DNA of 23,891 nucleotides from a virus (taxonomy: Duplodnaviria > Heunggongvirae > Uroviricota > Caudoviricetes): IMG/VR virus record IMGVR_UViG_3300025896_000021; one strand, 5' to 3'. Under the pieces are notes generated by a model, which saw nothing but the letters and a program-made list of their open reading frames with translations, did no database searches and had not been told where the DNA came from. This document shows positions 1-7,594 of this stretch, piece by piece. Both the position numbers and the translations under genes were made by a program. Each line of letters opens with the position of its first letter. Positions within the stretch are counted from its first letter, which is position 1.

Positions 1-563
1 TGTTGCCTGTATACTGATTGTCTACGTGCTTCTACTTTTTCTTCATATATTCTTTTATCTTCTATCGCACCGTATATTCCGACACCTGCCATAATAGTAC
101 AAAATGCAACAATAGAAAATCCTATAAAATACATAGCAATCATAAATTGATTTGCCATTTTTTTCTTATGTTCTAGTTGTCTTTCTTCTTCTTCACGTCT
201 GGCCTGTGCTCTTTCCTTGAATAGTCGGTTACGTTCTTTAATCATATCCTCCCATATTTGCGGCTTACCCAGTTGCCAAATAATCATATCTTTCAACTCT
301 CGTTCGGCTTCACGCAATGAGTTACTGTGCATTGCTATCTGTAATGCCTCTTTACCCAACTCAGCATCAGTCTTTCCGAGCAATGCTGCCTTTACTTTTG
401 CTTCGGTTCTAGCACGATGCACACTATCAGCCGAATCAAAGAAGGTGTTAAACTGGCCAGCAAGGCTATTGATATCCTTACCTAGAGCAATGGCTTGCTT
501 GATGTGACTGACTGCGGATTGTGCTGCTGTAAAAGCCAAACCAATGGTGATAGGATCAAGCAT
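1..563 (-). CDS. Hypothetical coiled-coil membrane protein, 3' end beyond window (MLDPITIGLAFTAAQSAVSHIKQAIALGKD...)
   Basis: Manual translation from ATG at 563 stays open to the window edge. Charged helical middle (ERAQARREEEEKRQLEHKKK) is followed by a hydrophobic TM segment (FMIAMYFIGFSIVAFCTIMAGVGIYGAI). The start overlaps the upstream stop (ATGCTTGA). Missing from the track because it has no in-window stop. Confidence 0.8.
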   Translation of the reverse strand, partial: MLDPITIGLAFTAAQSAVSHIKQAIALGKDINSLAGQFNTFFDSADSVHRARTEAKVKAALLGKTDAELGKEALQIAMHSNSLREAERELKDMIIWQLGKPQIWEDMIKERNRLFKERAQARREEEERQLEHKKKMANQFMIAMYFIGFSIVAFCTIMAGVGIYGAIEDKRIYEEKVEARRQSVYRQ

Positions 564-759
564 TTTTCTTTTGATCCTTCTTAGTAGTATCAGGCTTAGA
601 CCACTCTAAACACCATACTGTACGATTGTATACGTCCCCACTCCAAGCCCAACGTAAGCACTGAGGACGATCTCTTAGCATTTCTGCTAGTATAGTCCCG
701 GGGACTACTGTAGTGGTAATTGAACTGAGCAATAGGGTACTTAATATACCTCTTATCAT
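556..759 (-). CDS. Small hypothetical protein with signal-peptide-like N-terminus
   Basis: GGAG Shine-Dalgarno 6 nt upstream of the ATG; stop overlaps the start of the next gene; TAAATA motif upstream. Confidence 0.6.
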   Translation of the reverse strand: MIRGILSTLLLSSITTTVVPGTILAEMLRDRPQCLRWAWSGDVYNRTVWCLEWSKPDTTKKDQKKNA

Positions 760-789
760 TAGTTGCTCCGATATGTATAGTTATATACA

Positions 790-797
790 TATTTAGT
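790..797 (-). promoter_or_regulatory. Late-promoter-like motif ACTAAATA
   Basis: Matches the T4-type late -10 element (TATAAATA) core TAAATA; intergenic, 30 nt upstream of the 759 start. Confidence 0.5.
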
Positions 798-831
798 TGA
801 CTTAGATCAAAAGATATATGTCGCTAGATAG

Positions 832-1038
832 CTAGACAGTGTTTTTTGCTATGTAGTCTTGAATTTTTTGTTCCGCTTCGGTAAAACTAGTAGCAAAGAC
901 TTTAAATTTACCCCTGTTCTCATTGATAGTAGCGTTGAACGGAATGATGCCTGGAAGATGGCATCCTTCGGGAATATCTACTTCAATGTCAAATTCCCGT
1001 AATTTGTTCAACTGATCTAAAATGAAAGTGGTTGCCAT
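832..1038 (-). CDS. Hypothetical protein
   Basis: ORF with strong AGGAG RBS and upstream AATAAATA motif. Confidence 0.75.
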   Translation of the reverse strand: MATTFILDQLNKLREFDIEVDIPEGCHLPGIIPFNATINENRGKFKVFATSFTEAEQKIQDYIAKNTV

Positions 1039-1057
1039 GGTTTCTCCTAATGTCTTG

Positions 1058-1065
1058 TATTTATT
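1058..1065 (-). promoter_or_regulatory. Late-promoter-like motif AATAAATA
   Basis: TAAATA core in a 60-bp divergent intergenic region, 19 nt before the ATG at 1038. Confidence 0.5.
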
Positions 1066-1074
1066 AAAATATAC

Positions 1075-1093
1075 TGCTATAATAAGATAAATA
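1075..1093 (+). promoter_or_regulatory. Extended -10 (TGcTATAAT, 1075-1083) plus late motif GATAAATA (1086-1093)
   Basis: Both motifs read directly upstream of ATG 1099; no RBS between them and the ATG. Confidence 0.55.
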
Positions 1094-1098
1094 TTTTA

Positions 1099-1656
1099 AT
1101 GAGGATACGAGACATTATGGAATCAGCTACAGACAAGATGCCCCATCTATACCTGGATATGGATGGAGTACAAGCCGACTTTTTTCAAGCATGGGCAGAC
1201 TACGAGAATGTGCACCACTATAAGCACATCACTGACCACGAAGCGTCAATTGTAAAATTGGCTAGTGCAGGACCAGAACAAGTGTACAAATTCTTCCGTG
1301 ATTTGAAACCATTACACGGTGGCAATGCTATAGTAGAATGGCTACAGAAGAACAACATCCCATATACTGTACTGAGCGCTCCTATCAGAATTGAACCCGA
1401 AGCAAGTAAGCAGGGCAAGCGAGAGTGGTTAGATGCACACAATCCAGGCACAAGTAAAGACGCAATCTTCACTAGCGCCAAATACAAGTATGCAACCGCA
1501 GGTGGTCAACCCAATGTGCTAGTTGATGACTATGACAAGTACCTAAATGCATGGTCTGAACATGGTGGCATTGCCGTGAAGCACATTGATGAGACCACAC
1601 AAAACACTATCCAGCAATTGGAAAAGATTTACGCTCCCTATCTAGGACAACAATAA
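1099..1656 (+). CDS. HAD-family 5'(3')-deoxyribonucleotidase (NT5C-like)
   Basis: Motif I YLDMDGVQADF, VLSAP, and C-terminal LVDDY, typical of the phage NT5C family. Confidence 0.85.
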   Translation: MRIRDIMESATDKMPHLYLDMDGVQADFFQAWADYENVHHYKHITDHEASIVKLASAGPEQVYKFFRDLKPLHGGNAIVEWLQKNNIPYTVLSAPIRIEPEASKQGKREWLDAHNPGTSKDAIFTSAKYKYATAGGQPNVLVDDYDKYLNAWSEHGGIAVKHIDETTQNTIQQLEKIYAPYLGQQ

Positions 1657-1657
1657 C

Positions 1658-1852
1658 ATGAGCAATGAATTACCCGAAGGTCATATTGACAGCTATGAGG
1701 TCATCACTCAGAAAGATGATATAACCGGAGACATACTATTACCCATTCCCCCTCACTTGCTGAAAAAGCTAGGATGGAAAACTGGCGATGATATTCAGTT
1801 TGGGTTAGATGATGAAGGTCAGTTTGTACTGACGAAAGCAATTAAAGAATGA
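1658..1852 (+). CDS. AbrB/MazE/SpoVT-like swapped-hairpin protein
   Basis: GDILLPIPPHLLKKLGWKTGDDIQFGLDDEGQFVLTK fits the AbrB pattern (hxIPxxhxxxLGhxxGDxh). Confidence 0.7.
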   Translation: MSNELPEGHIDSYEVITQKDDITGDILLPIPPHLLKKLGWKTGDDIQFGLDDEGQFVLTKAIKE

Positions 1853-2238
1853 CTTATACAATTAACAATACTATGGCATCCGTTCCGGTATACACTACCT
1901 CTATTAGTAATGGCACATACCTCACCGTTGGTGCAACTGGTACAACTGGTACTAATAGCATAAATTGGTCTAATCTCAGTTCTATTACCGGTAGCACTAA
2001 TCTCGCTGGCCAGTCATTAGAGGTAAAAGGTGATGCAAACTTTGACGGTGAAATTACTATTAAGGGTAAGAAGTTGTCCGAATTACTAGAAAACATAGAA
2101 TCACGACTAGCTATCCTTCACCCAAACGAAAAGCTAGAAGAAAAATGGGAAAATCTACGAGGCTTACGTGAGGCTTACGTAGCATTGGAAAAAGAAATCA
2201 TTGAAAAAGAAGCAATGTGGGCAATATTAAAGCGATAA
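1849..2238 (+). CDS. Hypothetical phage protein (Thr/Gly/Ser-rich N-terminus, coiled-coil C-terminus)
   Basis: ATGA overlap with the upstream gene; AAAGAA purine-rich upstream; plausible composition. Confidence 0.8.
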   Translation: MTYTINNTMASVPVYTTSISNGTYLTVGATGTTGTNSINWSNLSSITGSTNLAGQSLEVKGDANFDGEITIKGKKLSELLENIESRLAILHPNEKLEEKWENLRGLREAYVALEKEIIEKEAMWAILKR

Positions 2239-2241
2239 TGC

Positions 2242-2269
2242 TTGACTTTTAATCAGATCCGTGTATAAT
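2242..2269 (+). promoter_or_regulatory. sigma70-type promoter TTGACT-16-TATAAT
   Basis: Intergenic near-consensus hexamers upstream of ORF 2302. Confidence 0.65.
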
Positions 2270-2301
2270 AGACTCATATCAACTATGACTAAAGCTAAGC
2301 C

Positions 2302-2697
2302 ATGACTATGCATCTGATGCACCCTTCACTAACTATGGGTGGTAAGCGCAAGGGTAAAACTAAATTCAAGAATGCTGTTGAGGCCCAACGTGCCCGCGAA
2401 CTTGATGCCTCTTGGAAAGACTTGCAAAATAAATGGGGCGTAGAGCAAGAAGAAAAGAAGCGTAATCGTGCGCTCAAAGCTGCTCCATTGCAGTATAGTA
2501 TTACTACGCCTACTCAACGAACAACTAAGCACTTCCCTTCTCTTAATACAGGTGAAGCAGGTGCTGGCACGTACAAAGAATCTCCTAAATACACAGGTAC
2601 AAAAATGCTAGGTATCGGTCAACTGCATAAGAGCAATGCAGTTCCAGTATTCTGTGACCAAGATGCAATTGATATCGCAAGGATGCGCCGTGGCTGA
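2302..2697 (+). CDS. Basic hypothetical phage protein (C-terminal YTGTKMLGIGQLHKSNAVPV...ARMRR motif)
   Basis: ORF downstream of the sigma70 promoter; the C-terminal motif is recalled from T4-like phage hypothetical proteins. Confidence 0.8.
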   Translation: MTMHLMHPSLTMGGKRKGKTKFKNAVEAQRARELDASWKDLQNKWGVEQEEKKRNRALKAAPLQYSITTPTQRTTKHFPSLNTGEAGAGTYKESPKYTGTKMLGIGQLHKSNAVPVFCDQDAIDIARMRRG

Positions 2698-2959
2698 TTT
2701 TACATATTACTGTGAGGTCACACTTGACCGTGCTGATATTAGGCCTGGCACCTATTCATTCACAACTGACGGGCCTCGTTCTTTATTGAGATTCAATAGA
2801 CTTACCACAGTTAGCGACAAAGTTTGGCGTCAAGGTCCACGTGGTGGTGTAAAGATTATCAAAGAGCGTACTACTGGCATATATCAGTATGTAACCAAAG
2901 ATGAAGAAGAAATGAAGAAATTCATGTGGGCAAAGTTGCAAGCCCGAGTATTTAAATAA
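2690..2959 (+). CDS. Hypothetical protein (start re-assigned to GTG 2690)
   Basis: In frame with track ORF 2636..2959; AAGGA RBS before GTG 2690, which overlaps the upstream stop. Confidence 0.65.
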   Translation: MADFTYYCEVTLDRADIRPGTYSFTTDGPRSLLRFNRLTTVSDKVWRQGPRGGVKIIKERTTGIYQYVTKDEEEMKKFMWAKLQARVFK

Positions 2960-2978
2960 GGAGCTTAAGGCAAATAGT

Positions 2979-3194
2979 ATGGCAAAAGAAGAAGGTGTTA
3001 GAATGGACGGTACGGTAACTGATGTGTTGCCCAATGCTGTTTTTAGAGTAGTATTAACCTCAGGTCCTACGGTGACCGGGTATATATCAGGTAAAATGCG
3101 TCAACATGCAATCAAAATATTGCTAGGTGATGTAGTTGAGATTGAGTTCAGTCCATATGACTTGAGCAAGGGTCGTATTACACGTCGCCGATAA
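2979..3194 (+). CDS. infA: Translation initiation factor IF-1
   Basis: 71 aa; [37 protein letters not shown] align position by position with bacterial IF-1. Confidence 0.95.
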   Translation: MAKEEGVRMDGTVTDVLPNAVFRVVLTSGPTVTGYISGKMRQHAIKILLGDVVEIEFSPYDLSKGRITRRR

Positions 3195-3205
3195 TCGTTA
3201 GCCAC

Positions 3206-3233
3206 GTTCATACACACTAAATACTGTATGAAC
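3206..3233 (+). promoter_or_regulatory. 9-bp hairpin GTTCATACA/TGTATGAAC with late motif ACTAAATA (3216-3223) in the loop and the erpA ATG in the 3' arm
   Basis: Perfect inverted repeat read from the sequence. Confidence 0.65.
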
Positions 3234-3554
3234 ATCACAATATCAGACTCTGCCCGCAATAAAATTGCAGATATCCTAGCGGAAGAAAATAATCCAGCAA
3301 TACACCTACGTATGTTTGTACAAGGTGGCGGTTGCAGTGGATTTAGTTACGGCTTTACCCTAGATGAAGAAATAAATGAAGATGACTGGCAGATTCCGGC
3401 CGGTAATAGTAGTGTATTAGTTGACAGTATGAGCGCACAATATCTAGAGGGTGCTGAGGTTGACTACGTAGAAGAACTAATGGGTGCTAGTTTCAAGATA
3501 AAGAATCCCCAAGCACAATCAACGTGCGGCTGCGGTAGCTCATTTAGTGTTTGA
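3228..3554 (+). CDS. erpA: A-type Fe-S cluster carrier, ErpA/IscA/HesB family
   Basis: [43 protein letters not shown] with the three conserved Cys; most like ErpA. Confidence 0.9.
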   Translation: MNITISDSARNKIADILAEENNPAIHLRMFVQGGGCSGFSYGFTLDEEINEDDWQIPAGNSSVLVDSMSAQYLEGAEVDYVEELMGASFKIKNPQAQSTCGCGSSFSV

Positions 3555-3569
3555 GATAAATACTAAATA
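3555..3569 (+). promoter_or_regulatory. Tandem late-promoter motifs GATAAATA/ACTAAATA
   Basis: Two overlapping TAAATA cores followed by an AGGA RBS before the structural gene at 3581. Confidence 0.6.
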
Positions 3570-3580
3570 AGGATGAATAT

Positions 3581-5296
3581 ATGGCTATTTCAGGACAACA
3601 ACACATACAAGTAGGGGTAGAAAATCAAGCAACAGGCGCAGATAGTCTATTTTCTGCATTTACCAAAACAGAAGAAAACTTCACTACACTATTTTCAACA
3701 GCTAGTCCTTATCAAAATTTTACAGCAGGTAATGGCATACTTACTGAAAAATCCGGAAATACAGTTACTATTACCAATACAGGAGTACTAAATGTACTTG
3801 CAGGAACAGGCGTTACTGTATCGAACACAGCCGGTAACGTTACTATCTCTGCATCGGGTAACGGAAATACAGGTGTTACTAGCGTTGGCGTAACATCAAG
3901 CACACTCACTGTCTCAAATAGTCCAGTTATCAGTGCAGGTATCATTGGTATTGAATTGCCTATGATAGAACAAGGACTACAATTTAGTCCGGGTCAATAT
4001 ATTGCACCCACAATGACCGTAGACGCATACGGTAGAATCACTAGCATCACAAACACTGCATCAGCCGGTACAGTAACTAGTGTAGCAATGCAAGCGTTCG
4101 GCAATGGAATCGCAGTTACCGGTAGTCCTATTATCGGTAACGGAACAATTGTAATTACCAATACAGGTGTGACTCGTCTTACAGCTGGTACTGGTATTGA
4201 GCTAAGTGGAATCACTGGTGAAATTACTATCTCATCTACACTGAAAGCGGCTGGCACAGTAACTCGTGTTGATGTAGCGAGTAATACGTTGACTGTATTA
4301 AACAGTCCAATCACCCAATCAGGAACTATCACAGTAGAGATTCCTAATGATATTACGTTAGTCGGCAATCTAGTCGCAGCAAAGATTCTTAGTAACACTA
4401 CTGCGAATGTAACGGGTAATGTAAACGCAGGCAATTTAGTTACAGCAGGAGTTGCCAATGTAACAGGTAACGTAATTGGTGGTAATTTGACCACTGCCGG
4501 ACAAGTTGTTGCTACTGGTAACATCACTGGTGGTAATCTCATTACAACCCGTACCGTACAGGGTGTAACGGTGACAACTTCAGGTGCTAAGATAACTAGT
4601 GCATGGGGAACAACTGGTATAGGCTTTATTGCAACAGGTGCGACATATACTGATAATTCAACTCTTGCATCAGGCAATGTAGCAAATGCACATATTCATA
4701 CTATTGCTAGACCAACAATTGCTGCTGCAAATTATACTGTCACGGTGACAAAAGCTGCATCATTCTATGTTGCAGGCGCACCGATCGCAGGTGGCAATAT
4801 CACACTCACAAATCCGTATGCGATACAAGTTGCAGCAGGAAATGTACAAGTGGACACTTTGACCACATCAACTAATTCTACAACCGGCGCATTAAGGGTT
4901 GCGGGTGGCGTAGGTATCGGTGAGAACTTAAACGTTGGTGGCAATGTTTCAGTGATTGGATCAGTTACTACTGATACTCTAGTAGCCAATCTAGTGTCAC
5001 AATCAGTAGCTGCATCAGTATCAAGTACAGGAGCAACTCAATCAGCGGCAGTTGCATTGACCAAACAGTTGAATGTTATTACTGCCTCAATCAACGGAGC
5101 TAATAGTGCAGTACTGCCTACTCCAACTACAGGTGTTTCAATCAAAATAGTAAACACCAGTGCAAACAGTGTAAACGTTTTTCCTGCTGCAGGTGGCACA
5201 ATTAATTCATTGGCTGCAAACGCTGCGTTTGTACTAACGTCAAACAGTAGGGTAGAATTTAGTGCGTCATCAAGTACGCAATGGTACACATTCTAA
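3581..5296 (+). CDS. Virion structural / tail-fibre-like protein with T4 gp9/gp10-like N-terminal segment
   Basis: N-terminus QQHIQVG...GADSLFSAFTKTEENFTTLF resembles the gp9/gp10 N-terminal motif (INIG...GDxLxxxxxKxNxNFxxLY). The body is T/G/V/N/S-rich with GTVTSV and GNVxGGNLxTAG repeats; late motifs upstream. Confidence 0.75.
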   Translation: MAISGQQHIQVGVENQATGADSLFSAFTKTEENFTTLFSTASPYQNFTAGNGILTEKSGNTVTITNTGVLNVLAGTGVTVSNTAGNVTISASGNGNTGVTSVGVTSSTLTVSNSPVISAGIIGIELPMIEQGLQFSPGQYIAPTMTVDAYGRITSITNTASAGTVTSVAMQAFGNGIAVTGSPIIGNGTIVITNTGVTRLTAGTGIELSGITGEITISSTLKAAGTVTRVDVASNTLTVLNSPITQSGTITVEIPNDITLVGNLVAAKILSNTTANVTGNVNAGNLVTAGVANVTGNVIGGNLTTAGQVVATGNITGGNLITTRTVQGVTVTTSGAKITSAWGTTGIGFIATGATYTDNSTLASGNVANAHIHTIARPTIAAANYTVTVTKAASFYVAGAPIAGGNITLTNPYAIQVAAGNVQVDTLTTSTNSTTGALRVAGGVGIGENLNVGGNVSVIGSVTTDTLVANLVSQSVAASVSSTGATQSAAVALTKQLNVITASINGANSAVLPTPTTGVSIKIVNTSANSVNVFPAAGGTINSLAANAAFVLTSNSRVEFSASSSTQWYTF

Positions 5297-5302
5297 CCAA
5301 AT

Positions 5303-5327
5303 AAAAAGCCCCTTTCGGGGCTTTTTT
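5303..5327. terminator. Bidirectional rho-independent terminator
   Basis: AAAAA-GCCCC-tttc-GGGGC-TTTTTT between convergent genes. Confidence 0.9.
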
Positions 5328-5532
5328 ATTTTACTTTCATTAGCATGTAATTTGTAAATTTATGATCACACATTGCAGGCACTTCAATGTAGGGGTCTTC
5401 CAAATAGAAGGGGCAACCCTGTTTCCATTTACCATTTACCTTAAAGTATTTCAATTCAGCTAAATCTTTTTTGTCAGCTGGATTGAACTCTCGGCGTTCA
5501 GCAAACGCTTTACGGAATGTGGTTAAGATCAT
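5326..5532 (-). CDS. Hypothetical phage protein
   Basis: Abuts the upstream gene (TAA then ATG); last gene of the minus-strand run before the terminator. Confidence 0.8.
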   Translation of the reverse strand: MILTTFRKAFAERREFNPADKKDLAELKYFKVNGKWKQGCPFYLEDPYIEVPAMCDHKFTNYMLMKVK

Positions 5533-5721
5533 TTATTCGCGGGGCATGTCGGTAGCGTCTTTGATAACTGCGTAGACTTCATCCAATGTAGTACACATGA
5601 CCTTTGCAGTCTTCCAGTCGTCTTTATCGTCACGACCGGACACTTCAACCATGAAGCCGTTGTCGTACATGTTGACAGTCAGGCTATCACCGCACTTTGC
5701 AAGTTTAGTAGAGAGTTTCAT
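5533..5721 (-). CDS. Hypothetical phage protein
   Basis: TAATG overlap with the upstream gene; tightly packed operon. Confidence 0.8.
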   Translation of the reverse strand: MKLSTKLAKCGDSLTVNMYDNGFMVEVSGRDDKDDWKTAKVMCTTLDEVYAVIKDATDMPRE

Positions 5722-6113
5722 TATGCTGGGTCCACGTTGTGCAATGCTTGTGCAAGCACTTGTTCGGGGGTCAATTCTTTCTTAGCACGTGCCTTGATTG
5801 CATCAATGCTAGGCTTTGCTTTTGCCTTAGTCACTTTGACCTTGACGATACCTTTGTTTGCTTCCTTAGAACGGTCCTCAATCGCATCATTGATCGTAGC
5901 CTGATCGGACGGGGATTGAAAATCAGCGTGTGCTTGCAGATACGCAAGTGCCTCAAGTTTTGTCATTGAAGTAGGCAACTCCATCAAGTCAATGCGTGAT
6001 GCACCACCTTTAGAGAATTGTTTCACCCGACGAACGAGGTCATCCGTGAAGCGAACTTTTGTAGAAGTACCATGTGTAGTGATACCAGCGACTTTGAAAG
6101 ATTGATTAGCCAT
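5721..6113 (-). CDS. Hypothetical phage protein, Lys/Ala-rich C-terminus
   Basis: AAGGA RBS; own sigma70 promoter. Confidence 0.85.
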   Translation of the reverse strand: MANQSFKVAGITTHGTSTKVRFTDDLVRRVKQFSKGGASRIDLMELPTSMTKLEALAYLQAHADFQSPSDQATINDAIEDRSKEANKGIVKVKVTKAKAKPSIDAIKARAKKELTPEQVLAQALHNVDPA

Positions 6114-6174
6114 TGTGTTCCTTATAGATAAGAGCTAAGTTTAAAAATGTGCCGATATCATCAGCACTGTTACA

Positions 6175-6203
6175 ATGATAACACAGTTTGGCATTATTGT
6201 CAA
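6175..6203 (-). promoter_or_regulatory. sigma70 promoter TTGACA-17-TATCAT, extended -10
   Basis: Consensus -35, 17-nt spacer, TGn before the -10. Confidence 0.75.
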
Positions 6204-6221
6204 GCAGTGTGTTACCCATTA

Positions 6222-6473
6222 TTAGTTGCGAACAAGTTTCGGGTGCGTTCCCGGAACCAATACATAATCGTTACGTGTGCCCCAACTTCCCATTATGGCT
6301 GTCATTTTAGGTCCAGGGATAGTTTTGGGATTTTCTGTCCCTTCAACTACACTCATTAGGGCTTTGGCGCCGGCAGATACATTAGTTCTTGGAATTTCTT
6401 GCGTTTTTCGCAAAGCAAAACCATCAAGTACACCTTCAATCATACCTGCATAGTACTCATCATTAGTTGTCAT
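6222..6473 (-). CDS. Hypothetical protein
   Basis: AAAGGA RBS; directly downstream of a promoter. Confidence 0.75.
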   Translation of the reverse strand: MTTNDEYYAGMIEGVLDGFALRKTQEIPRTNVSAGAKALMSVVEGTENPKTIPGPKMTAIMGSWGTRNDYVLVPGTHPKLVRN

Positions 6474-6503
6474 ATCATTTCCTTTAAGGAAGTTTAAAAA
6501 TTA

Positions 6504-6532
6504 ATTATAACACCAAACACTTTTTGTGTCAA
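6504..6532 (-). promoter_or_regulatory. sigma70 promoter TTGACA-17-TATAAT, extended -10
   Basis: Perfect consensus. Confidence 0.85.
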
Positions 6533-6542
6533 GCCGTTTTTA

Positions 6543-6686
6543 TTAGGCTTCGCCCAAAAAGATTGCCTTACCGATTGGGCTCATACCTCGCCCCATACCT
6601 TCTGCAACCCAGCAAGTATCACCTGAAAGGACCATATCCTGATAGTAGGATTCACTCATAAAAACTCGGACCCGATAACTGTTCAT
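6543..6686 (-). CDS. Small hypothetical protein (MNSYRVRVFMSESYY..., 47 aa; start re-assigned)
   Basis: ATG 1 nt after the stop of 6688..7098, in frame with track ORF 6543..6725. Confidence 0.6.
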   Translation of the reverse strand: MNSYRVRVFMSESYYQDMVLSGDTCWVAEGMGRGMSPIGKAIFLGEA

Positions 6687-6687
6687 A

Positions 6688-7098
6688 TTATGCACCAACT
6701 GTGTAAGGTTTGTTCCATTGACCAACGTTCACGTCAACGTACCAGCCCACGTCAAAGTAGTCGGTTTGAATGTCGCTGCGGTCGTGATTGCCACCATTCA
6801 TAACTGCAAAAACTTCTTGCATGAATGCTTTAGCGTCACCGCTGAAATGATTTTGATAGTGATAAGGATTCACGTCCAGAGACTTTTCCGCTTTATTGAA
6901 ACCTCGTGCAGAGAGATACGGATCAGCACTAACGGTATCGTTGAAGTTGCCGATAAAATCAATAGAACCACTCTTGATGTTCAAAACCAAAGTCATGTGA
7001 TTGCGCACAGCAAGCGAACCTTTGACGTTGTACTTTTTCAAAATTGCTTTGATAGCTGGGGCACGTTCTGCTTTGCGTTCTTGATTCATGTAAGCCAT
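6688..7098 (-). CDS. Conserved hypothetical phage protein (SDIQTDYFDVGWY motif)
   Basis: AGGA RBS inside the conserved leader cassette; sequence type recalled from other phages. Confidence 0.85.
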   Translation of the reverse strand: MAYMNQERKAERAPAIKAILKKYNVKGSLAVRNHMTLVLNIKSGSIDFIGNFNDTVSADPYLSARGFNKAEKSLDVNPYHYQNHFSGDAKAFMQEVFAVMNGGNHDRSDIQTDYFDVGWYVDVNVGQWNKPYTVGA

Positions 7099-7131
7099 TT
7101 GATAGTCCTGTTCTTTACTGTTTAAGATTCT

Positions 7132-7160
7132 ATTATATCACCGAAACCATTTAATGTCAA
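7132..7160 (-). promoter_or_regulatory. sigma70 promoter TTGACA-17-TATAAT (cassette copy)
   Basis: Perfect consensus, TG extension, followed by leader AGAATCTTAAACAGTAAAGAACAGGA. Confidence 0.9.
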
Positions 7161-7163
7161 CCT

Positions 7164-7385
7164 TTAAAATGCTTCACACATGTTAGGGAAGACACCGGTT
7201 TCTTCAAGAATATCAAGGGCACGAGTTCCGCCTGCGTATGCTTCGTCTTCTGTAGCAAAAACCGCAGCACTTTCAACCTCAGAGCAGACATATTCTTGTC
7301 CGGGAATACCCTTGTAACTTACTAGGGTAATACTCCACTTATTGTTGAATTTGCTTTGAGCCACTTGTCCGAGTTCTGTACGCAT
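7164..7385 (-). CDS. Hypothetical protein
   Basis: AGGA RBS in the cassette leader. Confidence 0.75.
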   Translation of the reverse strand: MRTELGQVAQSKFNNKWSITLVSYKGIPGQEYVCSEVESAAVFATEDEAYAGGTRALDILEETGVFPNMCEAF

Positions 7386-7418
7386 TTCAATGTCCTGTTC
7401 TTTACTGTCTATGTATGT

Positions 7419-7447
7419 ATTATAGCAGAATATCCATTTAATGTCAA
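7419..7447 (-). promoter_or_regulatory. sigma70 promoter TTGACA-17-TATAAT (cassette copy)
   Basis: Perfect consensus, TG extension. Confidence 0.9.
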
Positions 7448-7449
7448 AT

Positions 7450-7587
7450 TTAGGCTAGAACGGTAAGCACTGCGAAGGTGTTGAAAATGACTCCGATTCC
7501 GCTTATCCACCATGCAAGACTCCAAGTTCTGTCTATAGCTACAAAGTAGGCACAGGCTATGAGGCACAATAAATTGAGGATAAGCAT
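7450..7587 (-). CDS. Small two-TM membrane protein, 45 aa (MLILNLLCLIACAYFVAIDRTWSLAWWISGIGVIFNTFAVLTVLA)
   Basis: Manual translation; fills the gap exactly; AAGG upstream; below the track cut-off. Confidence 0.6.
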   Translation of the reverse strand: MLILNLLCLIACAYFVAIDRTWSLAWWISGIGVIFNTFAVLTVLA

Positions 7588-7594
7588 AGGAACC

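Noticed and set aside
217-507. Plus-strand track ORF (96 aa)
   Set aside because: Antisense shadow of the longer minus-strand gene <1..563; no RBS.
596-790. Alternative-frame minus ORF MYITIHIG...
   Set aside because: Its ATG overlaps the TAAATA motif and has no RBS; the 556..759 frame has GGAG and couples to the next gene.
3712-5289. Four minus-strand ORFs (up to 227 aa) opposite the fibre gene
   Set aside because: Val/Pro/Thr-rich mirror frames typical of the antisense of Thr/Gly/Asn-rich genes; no RBS or promoter.
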